Program-made: the position numbers and the translations under genes
In this document: one piece after another, positions 40,284 through 54,805 of the stretch
Numbering within the stretch: position 1 is the stretch's first letter
How the letters are laid out: every line of letters begins with the position of its first letter
Source: Eledone cirrhosa
Lineage: Eukaryota
Direction of reading: 5' to 3'
Assembly: GCA_964016885.1 (NCBI GenBank)
Contig: OZ024740.1
Location: forward strand, 54,994,001-55,058,000
Length of the DNA: 64,000 nt
Notes under the pieces: generated by a model
The model's database searches: none
The model's input: the letters and a program-made list of their open reading frames with translations, nothing else
What the model was told of the DNA's origin: nothing

Positions 40284-40470
40284 GGGCGGTGGATTGGCAG
40301 AATCTGTAGAGAGTCGAACGCCTTGATTTGCAGCAAAGAGTTACGGCCCTTTATGTTCTGAGTTCAAATCCCGCCGAGGTTAACTTTCCCTTTCATCCTT
40401 ACGGGGTCGATAAAATAAAGTACCAGTAATGTACTGGTTAATTGCTAGCCTTGTGCCTAAAGTAGAAAGA
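40284..40470 (+). mobile_element. tRNA-SINE family A, full length, 14-bp TSD
   Basis: A-box-like tggcagaatctg, B-box gagttcaaatccc. TSD attatcacttatat at 40266-40279 and 40471-40484. Confidence 0.95.
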
Positions 40471-42644
40471 ATTATCACTTATATGCATGTATGTGTATAT
40501 GTATGTATATATATGTGCATGTATTTATAAATGTATGTATCTATGTAAGTAATAATATTAAACTAGGCTCAATACATTCGAATTTCTTCCTAGGAGAATT
40601 CACCTTATACTAAGGTTAACCAATACCAAAAGGAGAATTAGAACATACATTATAAAGAAGTATTGACTACCCTTTAGTTTACATCTGAATCTATTTCACT
40701 TTATTAGCGTTGTTCATTTTCGACTAAAGGTGTAAATAAAAATTGGTGGATAGAGAAATGGTTATATATCGATATTGAGTGATGAGAATCACATATTGCC
40801 AATATCAGATTAAGAATAGGTTGTACGGACGTGAAATCATAACCGGGAGCTTATTACTGCTATAGTACATTTAGCTCTATCTATACTCCAAGAAATATTA
40901 ATATGACGTATTTATTTTAGTGAGTATTTTCTGTGTAACAGAATGTGGAAATAGGATACCGCTATTTCTAGCTTTAAAGTAACTAGCCAATCATATTGAG
41001 TCTGAGGAGATGTGAAAACTGCCCTGTTTCCTGTAACATCCTTTGTGTTTCTTCGGTCAGTATCTATTACTGTTTCATTTCCGCATATTGAAGCCAGAAT
41101 TTCAATATCATGCCTGCCGGTTGTTTGCTTTAAGTTTTAGCAGGGCGAGGAGTGAAGGGGTGCTAAAAACTAATATGCCTTTAAAGAAATGTTTTGGTTT
41201 CTCTAGCAACGAACATCTGTATATATTTATATTTTACATAAGCAGAGAACTGGAAAAAAGCTGGTTAAAATGGCAGCTTTTAAACAGTCATATAGCCTAT
41301 TAGCAATAGCAGCCAAATACTACTAAAATGCATGATTATTACGATTAGAAGGTACTTTGTCATAGGTCTGCTGGATGAGGGCTTACCTGGAAGCTAAACG
41401 AAAACGACTAGAGGAAATTTGAAACAAATACTCATCCCAAACCTTAACTCTAACCCCACACACCACTTTGAAACTATGAACTTTACACAAAGAACATAAA
41501 TGAATGAAAGACAAAAGTATACATTAATTTACTTTGAACAAGAAAACAAGACAACGTTTAGTTTATAAGTAATTACCTGCATAGAGAATACCACACATAT
41601 CTTTCGCGGTTAAGTCAAGGAGAGAAGAATGACCAATGCCATTAGTAGGTCATCTCCGACAGGTCTGAGAGAGGGGGCAGGGTGGTATATTAAAACCATG
41701 ATGCAGCACTAATGTTTACAACAGAGAGGCCTTCGATAAAGACACGAAACAGACAGATGTTAACGTTAAACTGGGTGACGGATTGCATCTAATATCCAAA
41801 TTGACTACAGTGGTGTTTAAACTCGAAATGCACATTCTACAATGCATTTCGCCCAACGTTCTAATAATTTCACCAACACACCACCGTGGACTGGCACTTT
41901 AATTTATCGCCTCGTGAAAGTTGACCTCGGTAGGATTTGAGCCCACAGCACAGAAAGCCGGAACAAATACTACGCTGTAATAAATAAAAAGATAGTAAGA
42001 AAAATAGATATTTTATCAATTGAAGTTAATATCATTGCAAGAGAAAGTATCAAAGTAGAGATCTAATGAACTTACTTACAGAGCGTCTACAAATCAAATA
42101 TTATGTCACTGATGTTACTACAACATAATACGACCGATTTCACTTTAGTGAATAAAATACATCAGTACAAAATTCTAAAGGCACACCGACAGCAAATCAA
42201 CTTTTCTACCTACTCATTAATGAACAAGCATTATACCCGAATTAATTAAGCGCCAGGTTTGCATAATAATTGTGCATAATAAAGTTTGGTTGCTCAACAG
42301 ACTCATTTCATCTGACAGTCAGTTCCATTCTCTTATTTTATAGTTACATTTATTACATTCGGCGCTTATTGCTGTTACATGAAATAAATAAAAAAATGAA
42401 TTAGTGGTTTCTGGAGACAAATTACTTTTTCCCGTAATATCTGTTAATATTCAATCTAGCTTGACTTTAATAAACTAATTATAGCATGAAATAGTGAATC
42501 AAACAATTCTAAAATAATGGAATGAACAAGAAGAAAATGGAGACCTAAACAGACAGAATGATTGTGTGTATGTATATGTGTATGTATGTATGTATTTATG
42601 GGAGTTTGTTAGTGTCTATATTTATGTGTATGTGGCTGTATGTG

Positions 42645-42709
<65 letters not shown>

Positions 42710-43022
42710 AGAGGTGTAGAGAAAAACATAGAAAGAGAAGTATTTACCGTAGACGATTTGAAGAAGCGTCTAATAACTCAGCCATATGATAATCAAACAA
42801 AAGGAGACATGCTTGAGTGTAATTTGGGTGTGGAGAAGGCGAGAAATACAAAATCCTCTCAGCAGAAGTAGTGAAAGCTACTGACATTTTACCTCATTGG
42901 AGTAAATAGTGGGAAATAATTGATCACATTTGGAATTATGATGTTCCATACAAGAGGAAAAAAGTATTCTCTTGTGGTTTTATTGGAGCGTCAACTACGT
43001 AATTATATATATTTTCAGCAAC

Positions 43023-43088
<66 letters not shown>

Positions 43089-43091
43089 ATA

Positions 43092-43195
<104 letters not shown>

Positions 43196-43238
43196 CATAT
43201 ATATATATAGAGAGAGAGAGATGTAAGTATATATATAT

Positions 43239-43291
<53 letters not shown>

Positions 43292-43752
43292 TGCTTACAT
43301 GTATGTATGTACATTTGTATATATGTGTATATGTATGTATGGACGGATGAATGCATGTATATATATGTATGAATATATGCATGCCTTTGTTTATATTGAT
43401 CAGACTGTGTTGTGAGCGCCGGAAAGTCAGTTCTAGACAACCCCATGGAATCAATTTCTATCAGGTTTCGAATTTTGATTGTCTGAGTTCTATACTACTT
43501 ACGTCATTAGTTATCTTCTGAAAAAATGTTTCGAGGTACAAAATTATTGGGATTTGCGCCTTGTTATTTTATTTTGTTGTTGTTGTCTTTGTTTTCGTCC
43601 GATGGTGGATATATTGGTAAATATACATGATTAGATTATTAAATATTGATAACCAGAGAGATCGATTGGCAGACCGTCAGAGAGATTAATAGTGAGGTAG
43701 GTAGTTTATACATACTCACACGCACACGCACACACACATACACACACGCACG

Positions 43753-43807
<55 letters not shown>

Positions 43808-43858
43808 GCATACATACATACACATATGTATATACATATATATATATACATATATATA

Positions 43859-44054
<196 letters not shown>

Positions 44055-44055
44055 T

Positions 44056-44140
<85 letters not shown>

Positions 44141-46042
44141 CAAGAGTTAATTATATAGATTACTTCGAAACAGCTTTATAAATAAGTTAATTATTCCTGG
44201 ATTTGTGGCTTGTGAAGCAAATACCATTGCAACCACTAGTGTTTCATCGCTATCTGTAAAACTAAAATATAGAATAAAACAAACAAAAAAGTAAAACACT
44301 GGTTTATTTTGGTGAAACGAATGGGAAAGGAACAACCATGTAAAATTCTTTTAGACCTTCAAGCAAATTCAACGGAGAAAAAATTCTTTAAATAACTCTA
44401 TAAACCCGTCACCTCCTATCAAATTTCTGTTAATTAAAATTATTTATCTCATTTTCAAAATGTCGATTTTCCTCATCAAAATCTCATTCAAAATGAAGTG
44501 ATTTTCACGTGTAAATTACCTTCTAGTTAGTAATTCTGTATTCCAAGCAATTTCCTTCAGTGTGTGCATTGTAGTTGTTTTATATTTTCGTTGCTGTTGT
44601 ACTTGAATAATTGTTGTTGCTCTTGCAGTTGATGTTGCTGTTGTTATTATTTTAGATATTCAGTCCCAATCTTGCAGACATGTGATCAGATGTGTTGAAG
44701 ATATGTCCATCCAATCATTTTTGTATATGTATCACTACTTATATCCAATATAGCTTTGCCGCAATTAAGATGTTGGATTGTTAATTGGGCAGGTTCGTGA
44801 TGGGTTATTTCGTATTGCAGGAGACTCGTCAATTCCTGGTAGGTCTTGCGACAGCGTAGATTTTCCTGTCAATGAAGCTTCCAAGTTCTTGTTCTTATTT
44901 ACGCATACCTCAACGCTGGTTAAGCAAGCCTATAATCAATGATATTCTAATAATGACCCGTCACGTTTGCTTTCCTTTATACAACACCCAATCATGCGTA
45001 GTGTATTTTTTGTGACATTATCCACCAAATGTGCCACGTTTATTGATGGTAAGGAGTAATCTAAGGAAATTTTCAGTGTTATCTCGAGTATGACTCGAGA
45101 TAACAGTAAAGGCGTTGGATAGCATATCCTGACTTTCTGCTGTTTAAGTTTTTAGTGTCACAACAGTCCACTTTGCATTTCATTCTTTGGGGTACAGGTG
45201 GTTGATGAAAGGGTGTACCAGTACATGATTCCTTGATGGGCAGATTTTCTCATTTTTTCTTTGTCTTCATTTAATTATTCATTAATTTCCTATTCTCCAC
45301 CTCCGCCTCCTCCTCCTCATCATCATCATCACTCTCCTCCTCCTCCGATTCATTCTCCTCCCCTCCTCCTCCGCCTCCTCCTCATCATATTCCTCCTCCT
45401 CATCTTCCTCCTCATCATCATCATCATCACCATCATCATCATCGTTATCATCATCATCATCTTCTTCTTCTTCTTCTTCTTCTTCTTCTTCTTCTTCTTC
45501 TTCTTCTTCTTCTTCTTCTTCTCCTTCTTCTTCTTCTTTTTCTTCTTCTTCTTCTTCTGATACACCAGGCGCTTACCTATTCTATATACTATAACTCAAA
45601 TGAATCTTTATTAATTAACAAGAAAGTAATGAGATACTATTTCAAATTATATTGAAGATTTATTTTTAAATAATTTTGGGTCCTGTCAATCGCAATACTA
45701 GATGGGAAATGCTATTATTGAGAGAAATGGGTGAGAATGGGAGAGTTGAGAGTAGAGAGAGACGAAAGGGCAGACGAATACACATCGATATTGACACCGG
45801 CTGAAGAAGCGAGAAGACGCCAAAATAATTAGATGTCCTACGAGCTTTATTGCAATTTGTTTACATAAATATTGGTCATGGCCCATCCACTTCATTAGGA
45901 GTCAAAAGTACGCTCAGTTATTAAACACTTTGATTAAATGTATTTAAACGTGTCTTCGGAGATTCGTGTATGTTTAGTTAATACGCATATGTATAAATGT
46001 ATGTGTATGTCTGCATGTGCACGCTCGTAAATGTACATCTGT

Positions 46043-46117
<75 letters not shown>

Positions 46118-46257
46118 CAGTAGTAGTGGTGGTGGTGGTGGCGGCGTAGTGGTGGTGGTGGTATGGTTTATATAAGCTGTATTTGTTAGTGTGTACAATT
46201 TAAGCATTTAAGATATGAATTTACCTACATAGAAGCCTACAATCCGACCCCCCCCCC

Positions 46258-46303
<46 letters not shown>

Positions 46304-46463
46304 TTAGAAACACACAGATACATGCGGACACACACATATACATGAATGCATCCGCACCCAACCGTGAATTAAGGGTGCCAACTTCACCGATGTTGCTCAA
46401 TGAATGACTGGGACAGACCAATCCGGTTGAACCAGACTGAACCAGTATCAGAGTTAAAAATAC

Positions 46464-46995
46464 ATTATGAAGAGAGAAGAAACATTTAGATATAATTAGT
46501 AATAAAATGTATCATACCTAAACTGCTCCTAGATTCCTCGACTACGTAGTTTCGTGGCATAAACAAAAACAATACATCATAAAGATATAGAGTCCTTGCG
46601 AGGTCTGCCGACTTATCAAGAGGATACCTCATTTTACTAGTCTCAAGAACGCGTCTACACGACGTGAGAAAGAATCCCAAAAGGCGGAGGGGGAGACAGT
46701 CACGCGATATAACGGTCGAGAAACAGAGCTAAGCCTCTTATAACCCCGAAGAAAATACCACGGAGGCGGAGGGGGTATTTATATCGAAGCCGTAGAAGAG
46801 GTGGTGAAGGAGGCGAGAAGTATGAGTAATGGAAGCTTATCCTCTTGATAAGTCGGCAGACCTCGCAAGGACTCTATATCTTTATGATGTATTGTTTTTG
46901 TTTATGCCACGAAACTACGTAGTCGAGGAATCTAGGAGCAGTTTAGGTATGATACATTTTATTACTAATTATATCTAAATGTTTCTTCTCTCTTC

Positions 46996-47000
<5 letters not shown>
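46464..47000. mobile_element. Fold-back HHR element family F8 with apparently perfect 163-bp arms (46464-46626 / 46838-47000)
   Basis: No mismatches between arms seen by eye. 211-bp GC-richer spacer. Right end abuts (TA)n; the left arm probably continues as a tail toward ~46300. Confidence 0.95.
46840..46929 (+). ncRNA. Type I hammerhead ribozyme, U3:A8 core variant (mirror 46535-46624 on -)
   Basis: tcctc-TTGATAA-gt(c)ggca...tgccac-GAAA-ctacgtag-T-C-gagga. GUC triplet, palindromic stem/loop III. Predicted cleavage after 46924. Confidence 0.8.
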
Positions 47001-47068
<68 letters not shown>

Positions 47069-47099
47069 ATATATATATAGAGAGAGAGAGAGTGAAAGA

Positions 47100-47495
47100 A
47101 TGAAAAATAACATGGTCAACAGTACAAAAGGGTTTTAATTACAGTATTAACAATTGTTTCATTGATTAAATTGTCTAAATATTGCTAATCACTTGAAGTA
47201 TTTAAAATTGAGTGACACAACTTCAAGTGATTACCAATCTTTAGACAACTTAATCAATGAAACAATTCTTAATACTATAATTAAAACCCTTGTTGTACTG
47301 TTGAGCATGTTATTTTTCATTTTTTCCCTATTACTACTCCAGGATTAACCTGCGTAGGAATTCCCGAGAACTCACAAACTCGCTACCTAGGAAACCTCTA
47401 GTTGAGTCAAACAACGCCGTACGCTAAAACTATCCACAATACAGAGTATTCACAACCTCTAACTGGATTACCTATAACGATAATTTGTTATCCCA
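47100..47495 (+). mobile_element. Fold-back element family F9 (arms 47100-47199 / 47220-47320, plus tail) retaining only the 3' half of an HHR
   Basis: Inverted arms. GAAA-caatt(g/c)-T-T-aatact half-motif; the CUGANGA half is absent. Confidence 0.85.
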
Positions 47496-47553
47496 TATAT
47501 ATATATCTATATATATATGTGAGAAAAACCACACACCCTCCATCTCAACTCTA

Positions 47554-47589
47554 CTTTTGAAAAGCAGAAGAACTGCGAAACCGGTAAAG
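47554..47589 (+). ncRNA. Minimal HHR, U3:A8 variant, family F2 (element 47518-47712)
   Basis: ctt-TTGAAAA-gcag(aagaa)ctgc-GAAA-ccgg-T-A-aag. Palindromic CCGG loop 3; stem I is only 3 bp. Confidence 0.7.
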
Positions 47590-47705
47590 CAACCAAATAA
47601 ATATATATATATTTTTTTTAAATAAGACTCCAGTTGCATTTTCGATTTCATCTTTTTTTGTTTATGCTTTCACTCGTGTAGGACACTTCGGTTATTTTTC
47701 CTCAC

Positions 47706-47761
<56 letters not shown>

Positions 47762-47765
<4 letters not shown>

Positions 47766-48012
47766 GAAGAACACTGGAAGGTAATATCCGTAGTGGTAGA
47801 GAACTCAGTCCATGGGACGAGATAGGTAGAAGTGGTTTCACAACAGTTAGTTCACCATACCGAGAAGAATTGTTTCACCTTAGCGGATCCTCAGCTGGTA
47901 ATGAACATGGTTATACAGAACAGCGTATAACCCTGTCCATTACGAGCTGAGGATCCGCCAAGGTGAAACAATTGTTCTCGGTATGGTGAACTAACTGTTG
48001 TGTAACCACTTC
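47762..48012. mobile_element. Fold-back element family F5 (arms 47829-47903 / 47938-48012, tail on the left)
   Basis: Inverted arms, (TA)n on both sides. The right end coincides with the end of the 26286-26370 copy. Confidence 0.9.
47943..47980 (+). ncRNA. Minimal type I hammerhead ribozyme with intact core
   Basis: cgag-CTGAGGA-t-cc(gccaa)gg-t-GAAA-caattg-T-T-ctcg. Confidence 0.8.
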
Positions 48013-48018
48013 CATATA

Positions 48019-48150
<132 letters not shown>

Positions 48151-48154
48151 TATA

Positions 48155-48303
48155 GGAAAAAGTATGAGTCCAGAAATTGCCGTCGAAACGGCTTGAGGTC
48201 TGCCGTCGGGGTCATACTTTTTCCTATTTCCCACTCTAATACCCTGAGTATTGAGTACTCTGGTGCGTTATGGTCCAGCTGGTTCCTTACCACAATTCCT
48301 TTG

Positions 48304-48305
<2 letters not shown>
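48155..48305 (+). mobile_element. Family F1 copy with a 13-bp inverted arm
   Basis: ggaaaaagtatga is the reverse complement of tcatactttttcc. Same tail as the 9587 copy. Confidence 0.9.
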
Positions 48306-48338
<33 letters not shown>

Positions 48339-48347
48339 ATATATGTG

Positions 48348-48632
<285 letters not shown>

Positions 48633-48644
48633 AGTATATATATG

Positions 48645-48677
<33 letters not shown>

Positions 48678-48890
48678 TTGACTGAAACATTCATAATGCT
48701 AGAAAATTAACGAATTCTATACACATCAGGTTATATAGAAAAGTAATGATAGCGATTTGAAGATGCAATTGATGTTTTTTTTCTCTCTAAATGTACAGTA
48801 CATGCAAATTAACAGTACAAGACGAAAGAAATTAGTTCTTACAAAATCATTTATAGTTTATATATATATATACATATATATATCTATATC

Positions 48891-48922
<32 letters not shown>

Positions 48923-49086
48923 TATATCTATCTCTATATATATATATATATATATATTTATTAAAATAACAGATTAAAGTTTAAGAAACTAATCGCTGCT
49001 TTCACCCTTAACGGGATCTTATATTTATCCTTATCGAGCCCTCTTTGGATTTTAGTCTTCAAATTTATTATTATTACTATTATTAT

Positions 49087-49123
<37 letters not shown>

Positions 49124-49179
49124 AATATATATATATATGTATATATATATACATATATATATATATGTGTGTGTGTGTG

Positions 49180-49214
<35 letters not shown>

Positions 49215-49779
49215 CATATGTATATATATAAATGAATATATATATACATTTATATATATTTATATATATATATATATAGGAATGTGTCTCTACGTGTGTG
49301 CTTGTATGCACGTGTGTATATGTATGTGTGAGTCTGTGTATATGTATGTGTGAGTCTGTGTATTTCTTTGCGTGCGGTTTTGTCTGTCTTTGAATATATA
49401 CATATGAGTGGAGGTGAATGTGTGCGCATACAATTATAATTAATTTGAAAATTTACAAATCATCAAAATTAAATTCATCATATTTTGTTTTATACATTTG
49501 TAATTTTTATTATTTTCTCGGTGTTTTTTTTTTTTTTCGTATAACTATTTAAAATTTTCTTTTCCATTTATTGTAGTTATTATATATCTTTTTCATATAG
49601 CTATGTATTTTCTTGACTTAAAATTTAGTCTCCCAGTAATGTTCCATATTTTACATTTCACATTTAACATTTCACATTTCACAAACAAGCCGCTTTCTTT
49701 AATAACCTTGTTTCACTTCTTTCTCTTCATTATCAGTTTTGCTATTATTAATGAGCTTTGTAATTATCGCAAACATCAT

Positions 49780-51200
49780 CACTGAAAATAACTACCTCAC
49801 CAAGCCACTCTGATGATGCTCGTTGCCACCAATATTAGCACTTCCTTCAATTTAACACATCATCACCATTATCCACCCCTGCCACCAATATCCCTACCAA
49901 CAACATTGCAACTACCTCAAACACCCACTGCAATCACACACCGCCATCTGCACATCTACCACTACTATTACTACAACCATTTATCCTATTCCCACAAACA
50001 CCGCTACCATTATTACTGCTGCTACCCCCACCATTATCACCACCACAGCAACCAATACCACAAATATTTCTGGCATCATCACGACCAATATAACCCCTAT
50101 TTCCACACACTACTACAATTTAAATACCACAACCATCGTCACCCCAACTAAAGTGATTATCCATTAACAATACCATCACAAGCACCACTAACTAAAATTT
50201 CTTTGCTATCACCATCACAACCACCGCCACCACCGCCGCCGTGACCACTACCATCAGTAAAACCAGTACTACCTCCACTATCACAACTACTATACCACTA
50301 CATTTCTTGCCTAAACATCATGACAAATATTATAATACATTAAAACCATACAACACTTATTAACACTGCGTGAACACTTTCACCACTGCATCACCATTAA
50401 CACTACTATCATTTCTTTCCTATCTAATCCCTACCAGTATTACCACTACACTACAACCACAACCACTATCACGACGATAAACACTCCACTACTAACACCA
50501 CTACTATTAGTAGCACTACAAACCTGCTACAACTTCCAACAGTATTACCAATACACTACTATCACACACAGCTCGTAATGCCATTAATGTCAGAATATCA
50601 TTGATTGTTCCATTAAAAGTAAGCAAATATTAACAATCTCAAGCATAAATACTAGAAGGAGAGAACCTATACACGGTCACTCAAACTGCGTGATATCTCA
50701 GTCAAATTTATTATTACATCACTACATTTTACAACATTAGTCCTTAATAGACCATACCTAAAACATAAAACACTAGTTGCTCACATTTGGAATATATTTG
50801 ATCACCAGGGTTAACACAGTTCTAATCAAAAACAAGAAAACCACCACAACCACTACCAGGACCACTAACAACATCAACAATAACAACACCGCCACCAACA
50901 ACAATAAACGAAATCTATTTCACTTTTGAAAACATTCTCAATCAAATCCACCATCCCCAACAGAAATACAACCACAACAATTTCTATTATCGCTAACATC
51001 ACAGCTTCCCTTCCAGTAGCTGAAAGATAGTTACCGCCATAATAAAAGCCACCACCATTACCATAGCTACCTCTAGTACCAGAGCTACCACCATTTCACT
51101 AGAATTATCACATCTACCAGATCCACCACCCCGGAAACCACCAGTGTCTCTAAACCTACCACAAGTGACACTACTTCGTATTCGCTGCATCCAACACCAA
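49780..51200. repeat. Degenerate (ACC/ACT/AAC)-rich low-complexity tract
   Basis: Strong C/A strand skew and decayed trinucleotide periodicity, with stops in all frames. Confidence 0.8.
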
Positions 51201-51944
51201 TTAAATACTTCTGTAGCCGTGGTGTGAATAAAACAAAATTAGATGTGTTCAGAAGATTAAAATTAAGTTACTATCAATTTCTGTTAAATGTCTGCAGGAA
51301 TTTTAAATTGTCTACAACCTAACGTTGTACCAGAGAAGCGAAGTAAATGAAAAAGAGACACGCACTGTTTTTACGTGTTAAACCGATCATCTTTGAAAAC
51401 CATCTCAATCTAAGTAAAAGATAAAATACAAATAATTGTTTCTACTACAAATAATGTTATATCATTTATTTCATCACGCTCTCATCACTCAATCTTTCTG
51501 TCTTTCTCGGATGTATTCCTTTATATTCTTTCTTTCTTTCTCTTCTCTCTGTCTTTATCGGGGTTGATAATTGAAATTGCCTGATGCTCATACCTTTCTC
51601 AATTGTATTAATGTTTATATCTGAATAATAATATAGATTTGTTATATAGAGGACATGATGATGATGATGATAATGATGATGATGATGATGAGGAGGAGGA
51701 GGAGGAGGGGGTGTAGGAGGGGGGTTTTGGTGTTGGTGGTGGTGGTGGTGGTAACGTTGATAGTGATGGTGATGATGAGGAGAAATAATTCCGTTTAATA
51801 GCCACAAGTTCATAAAATGCTGAGGAGAGAAAAAAAGCGAAACACGGAGAAAATCAACGAACAAGAAACGGTAGATTTACATTGAGTAAAAGAGAGTAAT
51901 CAACAATAGACGATAAAGTCATGTTAATAAATATATAATATTAT

Positions 51945-52125
51945 GCAGTATCGGTAGAGGGTCAGACGCCATGTTTTGCAGCCTAGAGTTACGGCCCTTT
52001 ATGATCTGAGTTCAAATCTCGCAGAGGTTAACTTTGCCTTTCATACTTACGGGGTCGATGAAATAAAGTACCAGTAATACACTGGCGTAATTGTTGGCCT
52101 TGTGTCAAAAGCAGAAACAATTATT
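51945..52125 (+). mobile_element. tRNA-SINE family A
   Basis: gcagtatcggtagagggtcagacgcc...gagttcaaatctc...ggccttgtgtcaaaagcagaaacaatt. Confidence 0.9.
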
Positions 52126-52629
52126 ACTATTGTAGTAGGTTTGCCATTTATCTGTGTATGTTTAATTAGAATTGTTTCTAAATAAATAATGTTAATATCT
52201 TGATTGATATCTTCCTCCCTGCACATAAATAACATCTTGTAGAAAATGTGAAGAAAAAAATGAGCAACAACAACAGTACCAACAAATCAAACATACTGTG
52301 TTCATGCAAACCAGTTAAGCTTTAAACGATGAAAGTGAAATAAAATGGCTTCGAATAGGAATGGTAAATGTGGTATTATGAACTTAGCGACGGCTCACTG
52401 ACAAAAAGATATTCTTTTTTTATAGCTGTTTATGTTTTCTAACATCAACACCCATTATGGTTTCAGCTACATCCGGCTAAAGATGTAAATGTCGACCATT
52501 TGTGACATGTCACATGAGAGGATAGTATTTGTCAGTAACGATTATATTCTAATCGCCATTGTGTTCTAATCTGGTCGACACAATTATAAACACTCGCATG
52601 CTCACAGAGAGAGACAGACACTGACACAG

Positions 52630-52757
<128 letters not shown>

Positions 52758-52759
52758 TT

Positions 52760-52897
<138 letters not shown>

Positions 52898-53443
52898 AAG
52901 AAAAGAAAGACAAAGGTTATATGAGACGAAAAGTCAAGGGTTGAGCCGTTGTCAATCTATTGCCAAGAACCCTTTCCAGTATTTCACGTCATTCTACAGT
53001 CTATTATGCTGAAGTTCTTCTCACAAAGTAAGTCAGTCAACGCTTTAACCTCAGTGGGTCAACGGACATGAGAGAGAAAAAGAAATAAGGAAACTGGCCG
53101 TATATTTAAACACCAATAGAGCCTGAACAGCATCCATCTTACTAACTGGCAGTATAGTAAATGCATAGCAAAATCTATATATGCATGGATATATATACAA
53201 TGCACATAGACTTACAGAAACCTCGCTTATATGTGCCAAGACGTATCTACCTTGACTCTTACTTTGGTAAATACTATATATACATGTGTGTATATATATA
53301 TATTTATATATATATAATATAGAAATGGCTTCTACAGGACTAGAACGGTTTCATTCGGGAGAAATCATCTAAAATATTTATACTGTGCTTTGTTTTGAGT
53401 ACCTTACTTACTGTGGTTACCCCGATTGAACCCGGGATAAACT

Positions 53444-53476
<33 letters not shown>

Positions 53477-53526
53477 GTTTCAATATATATGTGTATATAT
53501 ATATATATAAATATATATATTGAAAC

Positions 53527-53608
<82 letters not shown>

Positions 53609-53612
53609 AAAC

Positions 53613-53672
<60 letters not shown>

Positions 53673-53740
53673 GTTTCAATATATATGTGTATATATATAT
53701 ATATATGATATATATATATATAAATATATATATATATAAA

Positions 53741-54740
53741 TATATCATAAAACATGTCTATAGAATCACAAGATAAAATATATACTATTTCCTCTCCCAA
53801 TTAGCATAATTAACCATATAAAAAATCGAATAGACCAGGCTATAAGAATGAGGCTTCTATGGAGAAATCTCTGACAAATAACCGAAAATAGCACTTCGCG
53901 TCGGCCGTAGCGGAATATTTATCGAATATTTCGACAGCTTAATCGCCCAGATATAGTCAACTAAACAGAATTAGGTGTAAAATAAACTAGGAGAAAATAG
54001 AATATATTTAAATACCTCTACCATGGTTTCGTCCGTATTTTGAGTTTTCCAATAATTATGTAATAATTATATAAACTCGAGCGCCGGATTCATCAGGAAG
54101 CTCGCTCTTATCTAGACACTAAATTTTCCAAAGTGATCGCGCCAAGAAATTCATTTCAAAATGGCTAAAAATCGTGACGTAGTCGCGGTCAGGTTGGAAG
54201 GGGTGTGGTAGTTGCTTACGACTGGTGGTATTTTTGCTAGAAAGCACAGCACAATACAGCCAAATTTGTATCTCAACCTAATGGGAGATTATTACATATA
54301 AAAGTTTACATATATATATACATACATATACATATACGTGTTTTGCAACTGATCACTTTGTGGCTCAATGAAAAATGTATAAATGAAACAATCAGAGCTA
54401 TATATCATAAAACATGTCTATAGAATCACAATATAAAATATATACTATTTCCTCTCCCAATTAGCATAATTAACCATATAAAAAATCGAATAGACCAGGC
54501 TATAAGAATGAGGCTTCTATGGAGAAATCTCCGACAAATAACCGAAAATAGCGCTTCGCGTCGGCCGTAGCGGAATATTTATCGAATATTTCGACAGCGT
54601 AATCGCCCAGATATAGTCAACTAAACAGAATTAGGTGTAAAATAAACTAGGAGAAAATAGAATACATTTAAATACCTCTACCATGGTTTCATCCGTATTT
54701 TGAGTTTTCCAATAATTATGTAATAATTATATAAACTCGA
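53741..54740 (-). mobile_element. 1.5-unit tandem HHR element family F7 (retrozyme-like, 660-nt unit) in (TA)n
   Basis: 53741-54080 is repeated at 54401-54740 with few substitutions. No ORF. Confidence 0.92.
54015..54100 (-). ncRNA. Type I hammerhead ribozyme with extended stem II
   Basis: Reverse complement reads cttc-CTGATGA-atccg..gagttt...aaactc..cggac-GAAA-ccatgg-T-A-gagg. The second repeat has cggat, restoring the A10.1-U11.1 pair. Confidence 0.8.
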
Positions 54741-54805
54741 TATATATATAATAGATAGATAGATAGTTATGTGTGTGTGTATACATATATGTATATCCAT
54801 ATATA

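Noticed and set aside
40284-40470. tRNA gene
   Set aside because: A- and B-box-like motifs are present but there is no cloverleaf. It is a multi-copy SINE head with TSDs.
49780-51200. Thr/His-rich mucin-like coding exon
   Set aside because: Stops in all frames; it is a decayed trinucleotide repeat.
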